The position numbers and the translations under genes were made by a program. Shown here piece by piece: positions 55,994 through 64,000 of a stretch of DNA of 64,000 bases. Position 1 is the first letter of the stretch. Every line of letters starts with the position of its first letter. This DNA is from Candidatus Levyibacteriota bacterium (GTDB lineage: Bacteria > Patescibacteriota > Microgenomatia > Levybacterales > UBA12049). The notes beneath the pieces are model-generated. The model was not told where the DNA came from. It was given only the letters and a program-made list of their open reading frames with translations, and ran no database searches. The DNA lies in assembly GCA_016186645.1 (NCBI GenBank), contig JACPLF010000005.1:109995-173994 (forward strand). Direction: 5' to 3'.

Positions 55994-56222
55994 TCTTATA
56001 ATATTTTTAGGTAATATTTTTGAAGTTGTGAAAAGTTTAAAAATCAGATAATTTTCACAGAGCAGTAGAATTATAGTATTAGGTTTGTATAATAAGCAAA
56101 ACTAGATAATTTTTAGCTTTACGATCTTAGTTATTAGATACAAGCATTGAGTATATTAAATATTCAAAATGGCCAAAAAGTAAAAACGCAAACCATCTAT
56201 AGAATCTTATAGTCTTAAAAAT

Positions 56223-57104
56223 ATGATTGAGAAAAAAAATATCCTCGGAGTCGGCATTACAAATGCATCCAGAAAAGAAATCCTAGAGTATATTATAAAA
56301 AATCTCGAAAATTTCAAAAAAAAGCTCTTTTTTGTCACCCCCAATCCCGAATTTTTGGTACTTGCCTCCAAAAATCCTACATTCAAAAATGTCCTAAATA
56401 GAGCAAATTTAGCCTCAGCTGACGGCATTGGGGTAATAATTGCTGCCAAGTTTTTGGGTAAACCATTAAAAGGCAGATTTACCGGTGTAGACCTCGTTGA
56501 AAACCTATGTAAACAAGTTGCTGTAAAGCCTATAACAGTGGGCTTTTTAGGTGGTTGGCCTGGCGTAGCAGAGAGGACCGCCGAGTGCTTACGAAAAAAG
56601 TACCCGGGATTAAAAGTAAGTTTTGCTGGCGAAGAATGGCCAAATGATTTAAATACTCGGCAACCACGCGTTTCAGATGACTCTCGGCTGCAAAAATCTG
56701 AAAACCAATCGTTAAATTCGGCCTCGCTAAGTAAAAGTCGGCTCCCATCAGATGCTCAGCCGACTTTTAGTTCATCTAAAAGCGGATTGCCTCGCGATAA
56801 CAATTTAACAATGAAACAATTTAACAATGAAACAATTGACATTCTTTTTGTTGCTTTTGGGGCGCCGAAGCAGGAATTTTGGATTTCGGAGTATTTAGAA
56901 AAGATTCCAGTCAAGATTGCTATTGGAGTTGGAGGAGCTTTTGATTATATCAGCGGAAAAACGCCAAGAGCGCCTTTGTTTTTACAAAACATAGGTCTTG
57001 AGTGGTTATTCCGTTTGATAATGCAACCCTGGCGTATCAAACGCCAACTTTCCCTTCTCCAATTTATTTGGCTTGTCATCAAAGAAAAATTAAGTAAAAA
57101 TTGA
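56223..57104 (+). CDS. WecB/TagA/CpsF-family (GT26) glycosyltransferase containing an in-frame low-complexity insert
   Basis: Conserved GT26 N- and C-terminal halves. The middle ~60 aa (WPNDLNTRQPRVSDDSRLQKSENQSL...) is encoded by an R-like repeat at 56650..56800. Confidence 0.65.
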   Translation: MIEKKNILGVGITNASRKEILEYIIKNLENFKKKLFFVTPNPEFLVLASKNPTFKNVLNRANLASADGIGVIIAAKFLGKPLKGRFTGVDLVENLCKQVAVKPITVGFLGGWPGVAERTAECLRKKYPGLKVSFAGEEWPNDLNTRQPRVSDDSRLQKSENQSLNSASLSKSRLPSDAQPTFSSSKSGLPRDNNLTMKQFNNETIDILFVAFGAPKQEFWISEYLEKIPVKIAIGVGGAFDYISGKTPRAPLFLQNIGLEWLFRLIMQPWRIKRQLSLLQFIWLVIKEKLSKN

Positions 57105-57291
57105 TCTATTAATTAATATTTAGATACATTCAGATACTTCTTGTTATATTAGCTAAATAAAACATTTTTCCCTACGGTTTCCAATTGTTTCTTATTTTAA
57201 CCATTTAACTACATGCAGCGATCGCTGCGAATAGTTAAATGGCATTTTACAAAAAAATTGACACTATAAATATTATGTTATAATACCAACA

Positions 57292-58461
57292 ATGCGAATT
57301 TTGTATTTACAAACTTTTCCACTGTTTGGTTCCGGATCGGGTACCTACGCAAGAGAGCTTGCGGAAGAAGTTGCCAAAAAGCATGAGGTTGCCATGGTTG
57401 CGCCTGAAGACAGGGTGTTATCCGGTGTAAAAATGTACAAAGTTGATCTGCCTGTAAAAATTGCATTTACGGGTCATCCCGAATGGCCGGATTGCAAAAT
57501 GTATACAAAGGTCGGAGGGAAAGATTTATCTGCCAATTACCTTGCTTATTTCCAAAAGACAATTGAAGCTGTTAATGATTTTCAACCAAACATTATCCAT
57601 GTTCATCATCTGATGCCTCTTACTTGGATTGCCCGATTTATCAAAATTGCATACGGACTTAATTTTATAGTTACTGTTCATGGTTCCGAATTACCGACAT
57701 TGGAAAAAGATAAGAGATATCCTTTTTTAACATCTGAAGCCTTGCATAAAGCTGTGCGTATAATTCCGAATAGTTTTTGGACAAGAGATTGGATGAACAA
57801 AGTGCTCAAAGACGGATTTGGTGATCAGATAAGAGTAATTCCCGGTGGCGTTGACATTGATAAATTCAAAAAAGTTGACACAGAGGATATTGATAGGAAA
57901 TTTAACCTTAAAGGGAAAAAGGTTGTTGTTTTTGCCGGGAAACTCACTCCCTATAAAGGAGTTAAGTATCTTGTCTATGCTGCCAAAAAGATAAAAGGGG
58001 AAGTTTTAATTCTGGGAGAGGGAAGTGAGCGAAAAAATTTGGAAGAAATTGTAAATAAAGAACAAATTAACAATGTTAGATTTATCGGCCATCTGGGAAA
58101 CGATACGAAATTTCTGGTTAAGTTTTACAGCAGAGCAGATGTTTTTGTTGCCCCAAGCGTCTGGGATGAGCCTTTGGGACTTGTTATTCTTGAGGCAATG
58201 GCGTGCGAAACTCCGGTTGTTGTTACCAGAAAAGGGGGAATACCTTTGGCCGTGAAAGACGGCAAAAACGGTTTGTTTATCAGATCAAGAAATGCAAATG
58301 ATATCGCGGAAAAAGTTAACTATCTCCTCTCCAATGACGAAAAGCGTTTCAAAATGGGCCAAAAAGCCCGCGAAATTGCGGTAGAAAGGTTCAGCTGGAA
58401 AATAATTGCGCAGAAATTTATTGACAAATACGAGAAATTCGCCACATATCCAAAGAAATAG
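57292..58461 (+). CDS. GT4-family glycosyltransferase
   Basis: EPLGLVILEAMACETPVV (E-x7-E region). Confidence 0.75.
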   Translation: MRILYLQTFPLFGSGSGTYARELAEEVAKKHEVAMVAPEDRVLSGVKMYKVDLPVKIAFTGHPEWPDCKMYTKVGGKDLSANYLAYFQKTIEAVNDFQPNIIHVHHLMPLTWIARFIKIAYGLNFIVTVHGSELPTLEKDKRYPFLTSEALHKAVRIIPNSFWTRDWMNKVLKDGFGDQIRVIPGGVDIDKFKKVDTEDIDRKFNLKGKKVVVFAGKLTPYKGVKYLVYAAKKIKGEVLILGEGSERKNLEEIVNKEQINNVRFIGHLGNDTKFLVKFYSRADVFVAPSVWDEPLGLVILEAMACETPVVVTRKGGIPLAVKDGKNGLFIRSRNANDIAEKVNYLLSNDEKRFKMGQKAREIAVERFSWKIIAQKFIDKYEKFATYPKK

Positions 58462-58505
58462 TTCTCCTTTACTTAAAAACTGAATTCCACTATTATTAAT
58501 TTAAG

Positions 58506-59585
58506 ATGCGACTTGCAATATTAGGATCCGTTGCTCTTTCAGTTCCGCCTCCTGCTCAAGGGGGAACTGAGTGGATTGCTTACTATCAGGCGAAAGGATT
58601 GGGCGAACGCGGCCACAAAGTTTTATTACTTGCGTCTAAAGGAACAGCGGTAAATTTTCAAAACGTATCTAATATTGAGGTGATCGAAGTTGGCGGCGGA
58701 GATGTGGTTGCCGGCAGTTCAACGGAAAATAATTTCGATACGCATTCCGTAGAGTCTTCAAGAAGATTGCGCCTTGAAACAGTATATCTATCAGAGGCTT
58801 TAGAAAAACTTATTGAACGCAAAGACGATTATGATGTTGTTCTTAACAATATGCGTGGAGAAGCTGTGTTTTTGCCGATCGCAAAGCTTTTGAATAAGCC
58901 ATTTGTCAACGTGATGCATCTTAACTTGTTTCCCGAGCTTGCCCAGCTTTTTTCAGAGTTCAACACAAGCATTATTACAATCAGTAACGCGCAGAGAAAA
59001 GAATTTCCAGATCTCAATTATTCTGCGACAGTTTACAACTGCGTTGATGTTGATAAATATTCATTCAATCCAACTCCAGAAGGTTATCTTTTGATGGTAG
59101 GTACAATTGGACGGCACAAAAATCAAGGAGAAGCGATTGCAGTTGCAAAAGAGCTTGGCTTAAAACTTATTCTTGCGGGAAAAATTAGAGACCAGGATTA
59201 TTTTGAAGAGTTAAAGAAGAATATTGACGGAAAACAAATAAAATATCTTTCCGAAGTTGGGCTTGAGGAGAAAGTAAAACTTTATCAGAACGCAAGAGCC
59301 TTTCTTTTTCCCATTCTTTGGGAGGAACCTTTTGGTTTGGTTATGATTGAAGCAATGGCATGCGGAACGCCGGTTGTTGCTTTTAATCATGGAGCAGTTT
59401 CTGAAGTTGTACGAGATGGTTTGACAGGATACGTAGTAGAAAATCATAGTCAAATGGTTGAAGCAGTTAAAAAGATTGACGCTATTGATAGAACAGCTTG
59501 CCGAAAACACGTTGAAGAGAATTTTAGCATTTCGAAAATGATAGATGAATATGAAAAAGCTTTACAAAAATTAATTGCCATATGA
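58506..59585 (+). CDS. GT4-family glycosyltransferase
   Basis: EPFGLVMIEAMACGTPVVA. Confidence 0.75.
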   Translation: MRLAILGSVALSVPPPAQGGTEWIAYYQAKGLGERGHKVLLLASKGTAVNFQNVSNIEVIEVGGGDVVAGSSTENNFDTHSVESSRRLRLETVYLSEALEKLIERKDDYDVVLNNMRGEAVFLPIAKLLNKPFVNVMHLNLFPELAQLFSEFNTSIITISNAQRKEFPDLNYSATVYNCVDVDKYSFNPTPEGYLLMVGTIGRHKNQGEAIAVAKELGLKLILAGKIRDQDYFEELKKNIDGKQIKYLSEVGLEEKVKLYQNARAFLFPILWEEPFGLVMIEAMACGTPVVAFNHGAVSEVVRDGLTGYVVENHSQMVEAVKKIDAIDRTACRKHVEENFSISKMIDEYEKALQKLIAI

Positions 59586-61012
59586 AGGATTTAAAAGTTC
59601 TTATTACCGGTTATGAAGCGGCGCCGTTTTACAAGCGCGGAGGATTGGGGGATGTGATGGGGTCTTTGCCAAAAGCGCTTGTTGAGATTGGCGTTGATGC
59701 GAAAGTTGCCATTCCTTATTATAATGATATAAAAAATAAATATCATTTCGAAAAACAGGGAGAATTTGAGGTTATTTTTGGCGGCAGGACAGAACGTGTT
59801 AGTGTTTTTTTTGAGAAATCCGTAAACGTTCCTTTTTATTTTTTGGAAAACAAAAGCTATCTGTCTTTAAGTAAGGCAAAAGATAAGACTAAAAGAATGG
59901 GGCAATTTGCTTTCTTTGATCTGGCGATTGTTGAGTTTATCCGCTGGTTGGGAACACATCATAAGTGGCATGCGGATATTGTCCATTGCAACGATTGGCA
60001 TACAGCTTTAATTCCTCTTATTCTAGACAAAGTGAAGCTAAAAACTTCGACTATTCTGACCATCCACAATCTTTTATACCAAGGCATAGGCTCTCTAAAA
60101 GTTTTGGATTTATTGGATATTAAAGACCAAGAGACAAAAGTGTTGAAAAGGGGAGTGCCTGCGTCAGAAATGAATGTTTTGGGAGAAGGAATTATCCATG
60201 CGACAAGAGTCTCAACAGTTTCCCCGTCTTATGCTAAGGAAATTGCAAAGATCGAGCACGATCATAACCCGATATCGCCGTTTCTTATAGAAAGAGAACA
60301 CGAAGGTTTAGGAAGGCACGGAAAGATAATAGGAATTCTTAACGGGATTGATTATGATATTTGGAATCCTGCGAAGGATGAGTCTATTTTTCATAAGTTT
60401 GATGTTAGCAATTGGGAAGTTGGAAAAAAGGACAATAAGGATGATTTGCTGAAAAGTTTAGGTTTGGAAGACCGTCCTACTTTTTGTTTTGTCGGCAGAA
60501 TGGCTGCTCAAAAAGGTCTGGATATTTTGATGAAAGCAATTAACAGAATTTCTCATCTTGATATTAACGTAATAATTTTAGGTTCGGGAGATCCAAGAAT
60601 AGAACGCAGTGTTTTAACTGTAGCTAAGAAATTTTCTTGGGTCAAGGCAGAACTGGCTTACAGTGAAGACCTTGCTCATAAGATTTATGCGGGATCGGAC
60701 TTTATAATTATTCCATCTCGATACGAACCCTGCGGATTGATACAGATGATTGCTATGAGATATGGTACGCTACCTATAGCAAGCAATACGGGAGGACTAA
60801 AGGATTCTATTGCGAATGGGAAGAACGGGCTTCTTTTTGAAAAAGGAAAATCAATTCGTCTTAAAAAAGCAATAAGACACGCATTAAATATTCAAAAAGA
60901 TATAATTAGATATAGGAAAATGGTAGCGGCAGCAATGAGAAAAGATTTTTCTTGGGATAAAAGCGCGGTTTTATATAAAAAGTTGTATGGGGAAATGATC
61001 GGCAAAATATAA
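59582..61012 (+). CDS. glgA: Glycogen/starch synthase-like glycosyltransferase (GT5)
   Basis: KRGGLGDVMGSLP (KxGGL motif). 476 aa. Confidence 0.75.
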   Translation: MKDLKVLITGYEAAPFYKRGGLGDVMGSLPKALVEIGVDAKVAIPYYNDIKNKYHFEKQGEFEVIFGGRTERVSVFFEKSVNVPFYFLENKSYLSLSKAKDKTKRMGQFAFFDLAIVEFIRWLGTHHKWHADIVHCNDWHTALIPLILDKVKLKTSTILTIHNLLYQGIGSLKVLDLLDIKDQETKVLKRGVPASEMNVLGEGIIHATRVSTVSPSYAKEIAKIEHDHNPISPFLIEREHEGLGRHGKIIGILNGIDYDIWNPAKDESIFHKFDVSNWEVGKKDNKDDLLKSLGLEDRPTFCFVGRMAAQKGLDILMKAINRISHLDINVIILGSGDPRIERSVLTVAKKFSWVKAELAYSEDLAHKIYAGSDFIIIPSRYEPCGLIQMIAMRYGTLPIASNTGGLKDSIANGKNGLLFEKGKSIRLKKAIRHALNIQKDIIRYRKMVAAAMRKDFSWDKSAVLYKKLYGEMIGKI

Positions 61013-61054
61013 TCGTTATAACTGTTATAATAATTATAAAAGTTATATTGTCCT

Positions 61055-61951
61055 ATGGCTGATTTTGAATTTTTGCAGAACCCTCTTTCAAAAAAATGGG
61101 TTATTTTGTCCCCAAGACGCGCAAAAAGACCTGATATTGCCAATGGAATAGAGCCTGTATGTCCTTTCTGTCTCGGCAAAGAATCTAAGGAAAAAGAAAT
61201 TTACCGAGTGGGAGGTAAGCAGGGCGATAATAACTGGCAGATCAGAGTGGTAAATAACAAATATCCTTTTGCGCCTATTCATGAGATTATAATTCATTCA
61301 CCAGATCACCACAAAAATTTTGGGGAACTGAGTTTGGAGTCTACAGAATTAATACTGCAAACCTATAGACAGCGTTACAATACGCATCAAAAGAATGGGC
61401 AAGTGTACATTTTTCATAACAGGCAGGAAAAAGCAGGGGAGAGCTTACCTCATCCCCATACTCAGATTGCAGTTGTTCCTTTTGATGTGAAGCTGGATAT
61501 CCCGCGGCTTGCAACACCAGAAGAAATGGCCTTAGCAACAGAGGGTCAACAGGTTCATGGAACTCACCGTTTCGTAATCTTTTGTCCCCGTACCTCTCAA
61601 TGGCCTGATGAAGTTTGGATAGCCCCAAAAGAGCGGGGAAGAGCGTTTGGTGAAATAAAAGATATAGAAATTAAGGATTTAGCATTTGTTCTATCACGTT
61701 TAATTAAGATTTTTGATCTTCGTCATGGTTTGGAGTTTCCATTTAATTTTTACATTTATCCGGGAGGGGATTGGTATCTTAGAATTATTCCTAGGGTTAA
61801 AGTTTTGGGCGGATTTGAAATCGGAACAGGCGTTTTTATCAATACTCAGGATCCCCGCGAGACAATAGTGTTTATTAAAGAGCATTTTGATAAGCCGGAT
61901 GAAGAAAAAATAAAAACAGTCCACCGCGCAAAATATCCCAAGAGAGTTTAA
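61055..61951 (+). CDS. GalT-family nucleotidyltransferase (galactose-1-phosphate uridylyltransferase or ADP-glucose phosphorylase-like)
   Basis: HPHTQ active-site motif (HxHxQ) and an N-terminal CPFC zinc site. Confidence 0.65.
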   Translation: MADFEFLQNPLSKKWVILSPRRAKRPDIANGIEPVCPFCLGKESKEKEIYRVGGKQGDNNWQIRVVNNKYPFAPIHEIIIHSPDHHKNFGELSLESTELILQTYRQRYNTHQKNGQVYIFHNRQEKAGESLPHPHTQIAVVPFDVKLDIPRLATPEEMALATEGQQVHGTHRFVIFCPRTSQWPDEVWIAPKERGRAFGEIKDIEIKDLAFVLSRLIKIFDLRHGLEFPFNFYIYPGGDWYLRIIPRVKVLGGFEIGTGVFINTQDPRETIVFIKEHFDKPDEEKIKTVHRAKYPKRV

Positions 61952-62059
61952 CACAATTCAGAATCTAGAATTCAAAATCTACTCAAGCTAAAGAGATAAG
62001 TTTAGGCATTTAATCATTGACCGCGGCCGCTTGATATGGTTAAATAAATTTATTTTATT

Positions 62060-62950
62060 ATGAAGAAATTATTAAGATCCCGCGATATATTGCTTTTGGG
62101 TTTGACTCATGCTTTAGATCTATTCGAAGAGATAAAAGATCCGTTGCATCTTGTAAGCAAAAGCTATGAGAACATGTATGGATGGGTACCCAAACAATAC
62201 AAAAAACATCAGTTTAATCACTTGGTCTGGAGGACATTAAGAGCGGGTTATATAGAAAAAATAGAGAAGGAAGGCAAAATGTATATTCGGATAACATCCC
62301 AAGGAGCAAAAATGGCTCAAAGAGATTTCCCGCTATTGCATTTGCAAAATAAGAAGTGGGATGGCAAGTGGAGGATTGTTATGTTTGACATTGCAGAAAT
62401 TCAGAAAAGGAAAAGAGATTATTTACCCCGTTACCCAATGCCCCATCCGTTAGGATGCGGGTTTCTAATGGCGTGAAACGAAAATTCAATAATGCCCCGA
62501 CCATAAGGTCGTGGGTAACGGGGTTTACGAGAAAAACTGAAAGAGTTAGGGTTTGGCATGCTTCAAGAATCTGTTTTCATAACTCCTCATGATATTATCA
62601 GAGATTTTTCAGAGTATATAGAGAATGCTGGTTTGCAAAATTCGGTCGATATTCTTGAGGCTACATATATTTTAGGAGACTCAAAAGAGTTAGCAAAAAG
62701 AATATGGAAGATAGAAGAGCTGAACGAAAAGTATCTAGAAATTTTGCAAAAGGCACAAAAAATGAAAAATAGCCATTTAATCACAACACGCGGCCGCACG
62801 AAACAGTTAAATAGCTTAAATAGTAAAGTAAAGGAAATAAAAGAAAAATATGTGAAGGTGTTATTGGGTGATCCTTTTTTGCCCTCAGCGCTTCTTCCAA
62901 AAAATTACAGTCGTGATCAGGCAGGAAGGCTTATAAAAGAACTATTTTAA
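62060..62950 (+). pseudogene. PaaX-family regulator gene split into two ORFs by a 98-nt MITE
   Basis: ORF 62060..62476 and ORF 62558..62950 are in the same frame. Removing the element plus one TTTA copy restores ...KWDGKWRIVMFDIAEIQKRKRDYLREKLKELGFGMLQESVFITP..., the PaaX W-x-G-x-W...GFGxL signature. Confidence 0.55.
62426..62523. mobile_element. 98-nt MITE with perfect 12-bp terminal inverted repeats (CCCCGTTACCCA / TGGGTAACGGGG) and a TTTA target duplication
   Basis: TTTA flanks both ends. Element plus duplication is 102 nt (3n), but it carries in-frame TGA and TAA stops. Confidence 0.6.
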
Positions 62951-62955
62951 GCTTG

Positions 62956-63219
62956 TTACGATTTAAAGTTGACGTAGACGTACACCTTGTCTTTATATAT
63001 CCGCACAATGCCATTCTCGATTTGAATCTCCTTATTCTCCCGTAAGGTTGGATGGATTATCACTTTTTCTTTTATAAGAGTAATAAAATTTTCGTGTCTG
63101 GGTAAAACATCAAAAACACCCTTTTCATTCACAGAGGTTATCGCAGCAGCCTGACCGCTATACAGAACTTTTTCTTTATTTCGTATTACAACAGTTAGAT
63201 TAGTTGTAGAGTTAATCAT
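62956..63219 (-). CDS. atpC: ATP synthase epsilon subunit
   Basis: 87 aa with the beta-sandwich/helix pattern. It lies directly downstream of atpD. Confidence 0.65.
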   Translation of the reverse strand: MINSTTNLTVVIRNKEKVLYSGQAAAITSVNEKGVFDVLPRHENFITLIKEKVIIHPTLRENKEIQIENGIVRIYKDKVYVYVNFKS

Positions 63220-63232
63220 TCTTGATTTCTTA

Positions 63233-64000
63233 TCACTTGCTGCTTATTTCTTGTATGCTGCCGATAAAGCTGAATTTATCATCTGTTATGTCGTCATATT
63301 TTCCGGATAACAAATCATTTACATCATTGACAGTTGTCTCCCGAGGGACATAGGCGCCTTTTCTTCCCGTCTGATTTTCAGTAACGAAAAAATTTTGGGT
63401 CATAAAATTGCGAAGTTTTTTTGCTCTTTCATAAATAAGCTGATCCGCAGGAGAAAGTTCGGATTCTCCAACCAATGAGACAATTCTGTCTAAAGCTGTT
63501 GCCTGTTTTAATAAATTTAAAGCCTTTAGGGCAACATCATAATGAAGCTGTCCTACAGTTTCAGGATTTAAGTTGGCTGATGAAGAAGAAAGAAGATCTA
63601 TCGCGGGAAGAAGACCCTCCTGATAAATACTTCTGGACAGCACAACAGATGAGTCAAGGTATGGGAAAATTGCCTGTACGCCTTGATCGAGAATATCGTC
63701 GTTGGGGATATAAATTGCCTCGATTGATGTTATTGAATTATCTTTGTTGGAAACTAATCTTTCATGGAAAGATGCCATTTCGGATGTTAAAGTTGCCTGA
63801 TAGCCGTCTTCAGATGGAATTGTGTTCATCAAAACGGAGAGCTCGTTTCCGGCTTGGGCAAGCCTAAAAACATTGTCGATAAAGAATAATACATCCTTTT
63901 TAAGACTGTCTCTGAAATATTCTGCAAGAGCGACCGCAGTGTACCCGGTTAGAAACCTGACAGCCGGGTTTTCTCCCATTGTTCCTAAGACCAAAGAAAC
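63233..64000 (-). CDS. atpD: ATP synthase beta subunit (3' portion; the gene continues beyond the window)
   Basis: ...FIDNVFRLAQAGNELSVLMNTIPSEDGYQATLTSEMASFHERL... matches the beta-subunit C-terminal region. Confidence 0.8.
   Translation of the reverse strand, partial: VSLVLGTMGENPAVRFLTGYTAVALAEYFRDSLKKDVLFFIDNVFRLAQAGNELSVLMNTIPSEDGYQATLTSEMASFHERLVSNKDNSITSIEAIYIPNDDILDQGVQAIFPYLDSSVVLSRSIYQEGLLPAIDLLSSSSANLNPETVGQLHYDVALKALNLLKQATALDRIVSLVGESELSPADQLIYERAKKLRNFMTQNFFVTENQTGRKGAYVPRETTVNDVNDLLSGKYDDITDDKFSFIGSIQEISSK

Noticed and set aside
62474-62476. Alternative genetic code with TGA reassigned, as in Gracilibacteria/SR1, to explain the split PaaX gene
   Set aside because: Many well-supported genes in the window terminate cleanly at TGA, TAA or TAG with expected lengths. 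A second in-frame TAA follows 40 nt later. The split is explained by the MITE insertion.

Overview
This is a low-GC (about 37 to 40 percent), gene-dense bacterial window. Its gene content and architecture are consistent with a reduced Patescibacteria/CPR-type genome; that placement is an inference, not a database hit. It contains a 23S-5S rRNA unit preceded by tRNA-Ala(TGC), with no 16S in the window. The 23S gene is interrupted by three introns, two of which encode LAGLIDADG homing endonucleases. It also carries a duplicated ~120-nt IVS-like insertion and a very divergent, shortened domain IV/V segment. Housekeeping genes include trxA, trxB, rpsA, radA, a yacL-like PIN/TRAM gene, rho, leuS, comEA, a split comEC, argS, ndk, mreB, a VKOR/DsbA pair, a sortase, a glycosyltransferase/glgA/galT cluster and atpD-atpC. 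There are five tRNAs: three Ala isoacceptors, Pro and Arg. There are also several toxin-antitoxin remnants and an IS4/IS5-family insertion sequence. A four-gene minus-strand operon encodes secreted or surface proteins, including a 1475-aa giant protein. The most unusual content is a set of small repeat families that the gene models do not explain. First, an approximately 100-130 nt MITE-like family (R) has five copies: in-frame inside radA, the giant surface-protein gene and tagA, inside an ORF-less 23S intron, and in one intergenic gap. Second, a 98-nt MITE with perfect 12-bp terminal inverted repeats and a TTTA target duplication splits a PaaX-like regulator gene. Third, about 120-bp imperfect palindromes fill four intergenic gaps immediately upstream of start codons. 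Fourth, a 'gatttaagaat' repeat flanks a four-helix-bundle (rRNA IVS-protein family) gene and occurs in-frame in leuS and argS. Fifth, duplications of the 3' ends of rho (bracketing a hicB island) and of trxB suggest repeated insertion into gene 3' ends. No CRISPR array and no complete known defence system was found. All calls are made by eye from the sequence and the ORF track.
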